From NCBI GenBank assembly GCA_965237415.1, contig CBDEFM010000002.1, positions 3,104,001 through 3,168,000 on the forward strand: a DNA stretch of 64,000 nt. The letters are read 5' to 3'. This document shows positions 62,566-64,000 of this stretch, in pieces. Source of the DNA: Alphaproteobacteria bacterium. Its GTDB lineage: Bacteria; Pseudomonadota; Alphaproteobacteria; UBA828. A program made the translations under genes and the position numbers. Numbering within the stretch: position 1 is the first letter of the stretch; every line of letters starts with the position of its first letter. Below the pieces are notes generated by a model. The model made no database searches. It worked only from the letters and a program-made list of their open reading frames with translations, and was not told the DNA's origin.

Positions 62566-63990
62566 CTAGAGTGGCGGACGATGGCGGCTCCAGTTCGTCG
62601 TTGTCTCGAAGGCCGCCGCCGCGCGGAACACGCGGGCGTCGTCATAGGTGCGGCCGACGATCTGCAGGCCGGTGGGAACGCCATTTCGTGCAAAGCCGGT
62701 CGGCACGCTCGCGACCGGGCATTGGTTCATCATGTTGAACGGATAGGTGAGAAGCCAGCCGAGGTGAGGCTCGACGGGCTTGCCGTTGATGGTGAAGCCG
62801 GGGTCCATGTTGGTGTGGTCCGCCTTGACCGCCGGCACTGCGAGGGTCGGGCAGATCATGACGTCGTAGTCTTCAAGGATGGGCGCGAGCTTCTGGTACA
62901 TCCAGCCGCGCGTGCGGCTGACCCGTTCGAATTCGACGGCGCTGACGCGGCTCCCCCTCTCCACCAGATCGACCACTCTCGGGTCCATCTCGTAACGCCA
63001 TTCGGGGAGGAAGTCCTGAAGGCCGCTGGCGAACAAGACCTCGAACAGCCGCAGATATTGATTGAGCACGCCGGAGGTCCAGCCGAGATCGACCTCGTCG
63101 ACCTCGCAGCCCAAATCGCGGAAGACTTGCACGGCCTTTCTGGTGTTCTCCTGCACTTCCGGGTCGACCTGGACGTAGCCGAGGTCCGGCGAATAGGCGA
63201 TGCGCCAGCCCTCAATACCCTCGTAAGTGAGCGGCAGCCGGATCCGCGTCCTGAGGGAGGCGATATCCGCCTTGTGGGGGCCGGAGACGATGTTCTGCAG
63301 CAGCGCCGACTCCGCCACCGTGCGGGTCAGCACGCCGATCTGGACCAGAAAGGCGTGGGGCGCGTCGATGTCGTTCGGGTTGCGCCCGTAGGGCGGCTTG
63401 AAGCCGAAGAGGCCGTTGACCGAGGCCGGAATGCGGATCGACCCGCCGCCGTCGCCACCGTCCGCGATCGTGGTCATGCCTGCGGCCACCGCGCCGCCGC
63501 TGCCGCCAGACGACCCGCCCGGCGTATACTCGGGGTTCCAGGGGTTGCGGCTCACGCCCCAAAGCGGGCTGTGACTCGTCCCTGCATAGCCGAACTCTGG
63601 CGTCGTTGTGCGAATGTGGAGGATCGCGCCGGCACGCATGAGCCGCTCGGTGACCGGGTAGGTGTGATCGGGGCGGTTGTGCTCCATGATCTTGGAGCCG
63701 ATCGTGGTGATCTCGCCCTTGATTGCGTGATAGTCCTTGCTCGCGAACGGCAGCCCCTCGAGCGCTCGCAGCCGGCCATCCGTCTTGCCGTAGCGCGCCT
63801 CGGCCGCCTTCGCCTGTTCCAGCGCGCGGTCGAAATAGCTGTAGGTCACGAGGTTGAGCGCCGGGTTGACCGCCTCGCAGCGGGCGATCACGGCCTTCAT
63901 CAACTCGACCGGCGACAGCGTCCGCGCCTTGAACGCGGCGAGCGCCTCGATCGCGCTCATGTAGCAAAGATCGAGGTCGCCTGCGCCCAT
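62566..63990 (-). CDS. Amidase-signature family protein
   Basis: PGGSSGGS, DGGGSIRIPAS. The true start may lie at or beyond the window edge. Confidence 0.92.
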   Translation of the reverse strand: MGAGDLDLCYMSAIEALAAFKARTLSPVELMKAVIARCEAVNPALNLVTYSYFDRALEQAKAAEARYGKTDGRLRALEGLPFASKDYHAIKGEITTIGSKIMEHNRPDHTYPVTERLMRAGAILHIRTTTPEFGYAGTSHSPLWGVSRNPWNPEYTPGGSSGGSGGAVAAGMTTIADGGDGGGSIRIPASVNGLFGFKPPYGRNPNDIDAPHAFLVQIGVLTRTVAESALLQNIVSGPHKADIASLRTRIRLPLTYEGIEGWRIAYSPDLGYVQVDPEVQENTRKAVQVFRDLGCEVDEVDLGWTSGVLNQYLRLFEVLFASGLQDFLPEWRYEMDPRVVDLVERGSRVSAVEFERVSRTRGWMYQKLAPILEDYDVMICPTLAVPAVKADHTNMDPGFTINGKPVEPHLGWLLTYPFNMMNQCPVASVPTGFARNGVPTGLQIVGRTYDDARVFRAAAAFETTTNWSRHRPPL

Positions 63991-64000
63991 GACGAGAACT

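Noticed and set aside
1-64000. tRNA integration site or att direct repeats bounding the island
   Set aside because: No tRNA or matching boundary repeat was found by eye; tRNAscan-SE and a self dot-plot would be needed.

Overview
GC-rich window, most likely from an Alphaproteobacterium (Rhodospirillales-like, judged from gene order and a REP-type repeat; this is inference). It has four parts. (1) 1-2.8 kb: a TbpB-like surface protein gene followed by a Slam-family exporter. (2) About 2.8-29.2 kb: a decaying mobile/defence island. It holds a MOBF relaxase with a candidate oriT, an IS1595 tandem dimer, four toxin-antitoxin loci, two Arm-type integrases (one split by IS5) and three low-GC defence-like genes (SIR2-like, nuclease-like, Mrr-like). 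It also holds the main finding: an intact Cre-type tyrosine recombinase flanked by two 34-bp loxP-architecture sites (13-8-13) in inverted orientation, with an outward-facing sigma70-like promoter inside the invertible segment. (3) 29.4-47.9 kb: tupBCA and an FAD oxidoreductase, then a second decayed region with a Rieske oxygenase, MMPL, outer-membrane barrel, LolA-like and MlaC genes, IS256/IS3/IS21/IS1634 remnants and two LysR paralogues. (4) 48-64 kb: core genes fabD-fabG-acpP-fabF-mltG-yicC-gmk and lptF-lptG-lptD-surA-rsmA, with a MITE inserted at the start of lptD. No rRNA, tRNA or CRISPR array was seen. All family calls come from motif recognition by eye; no database searches were run.
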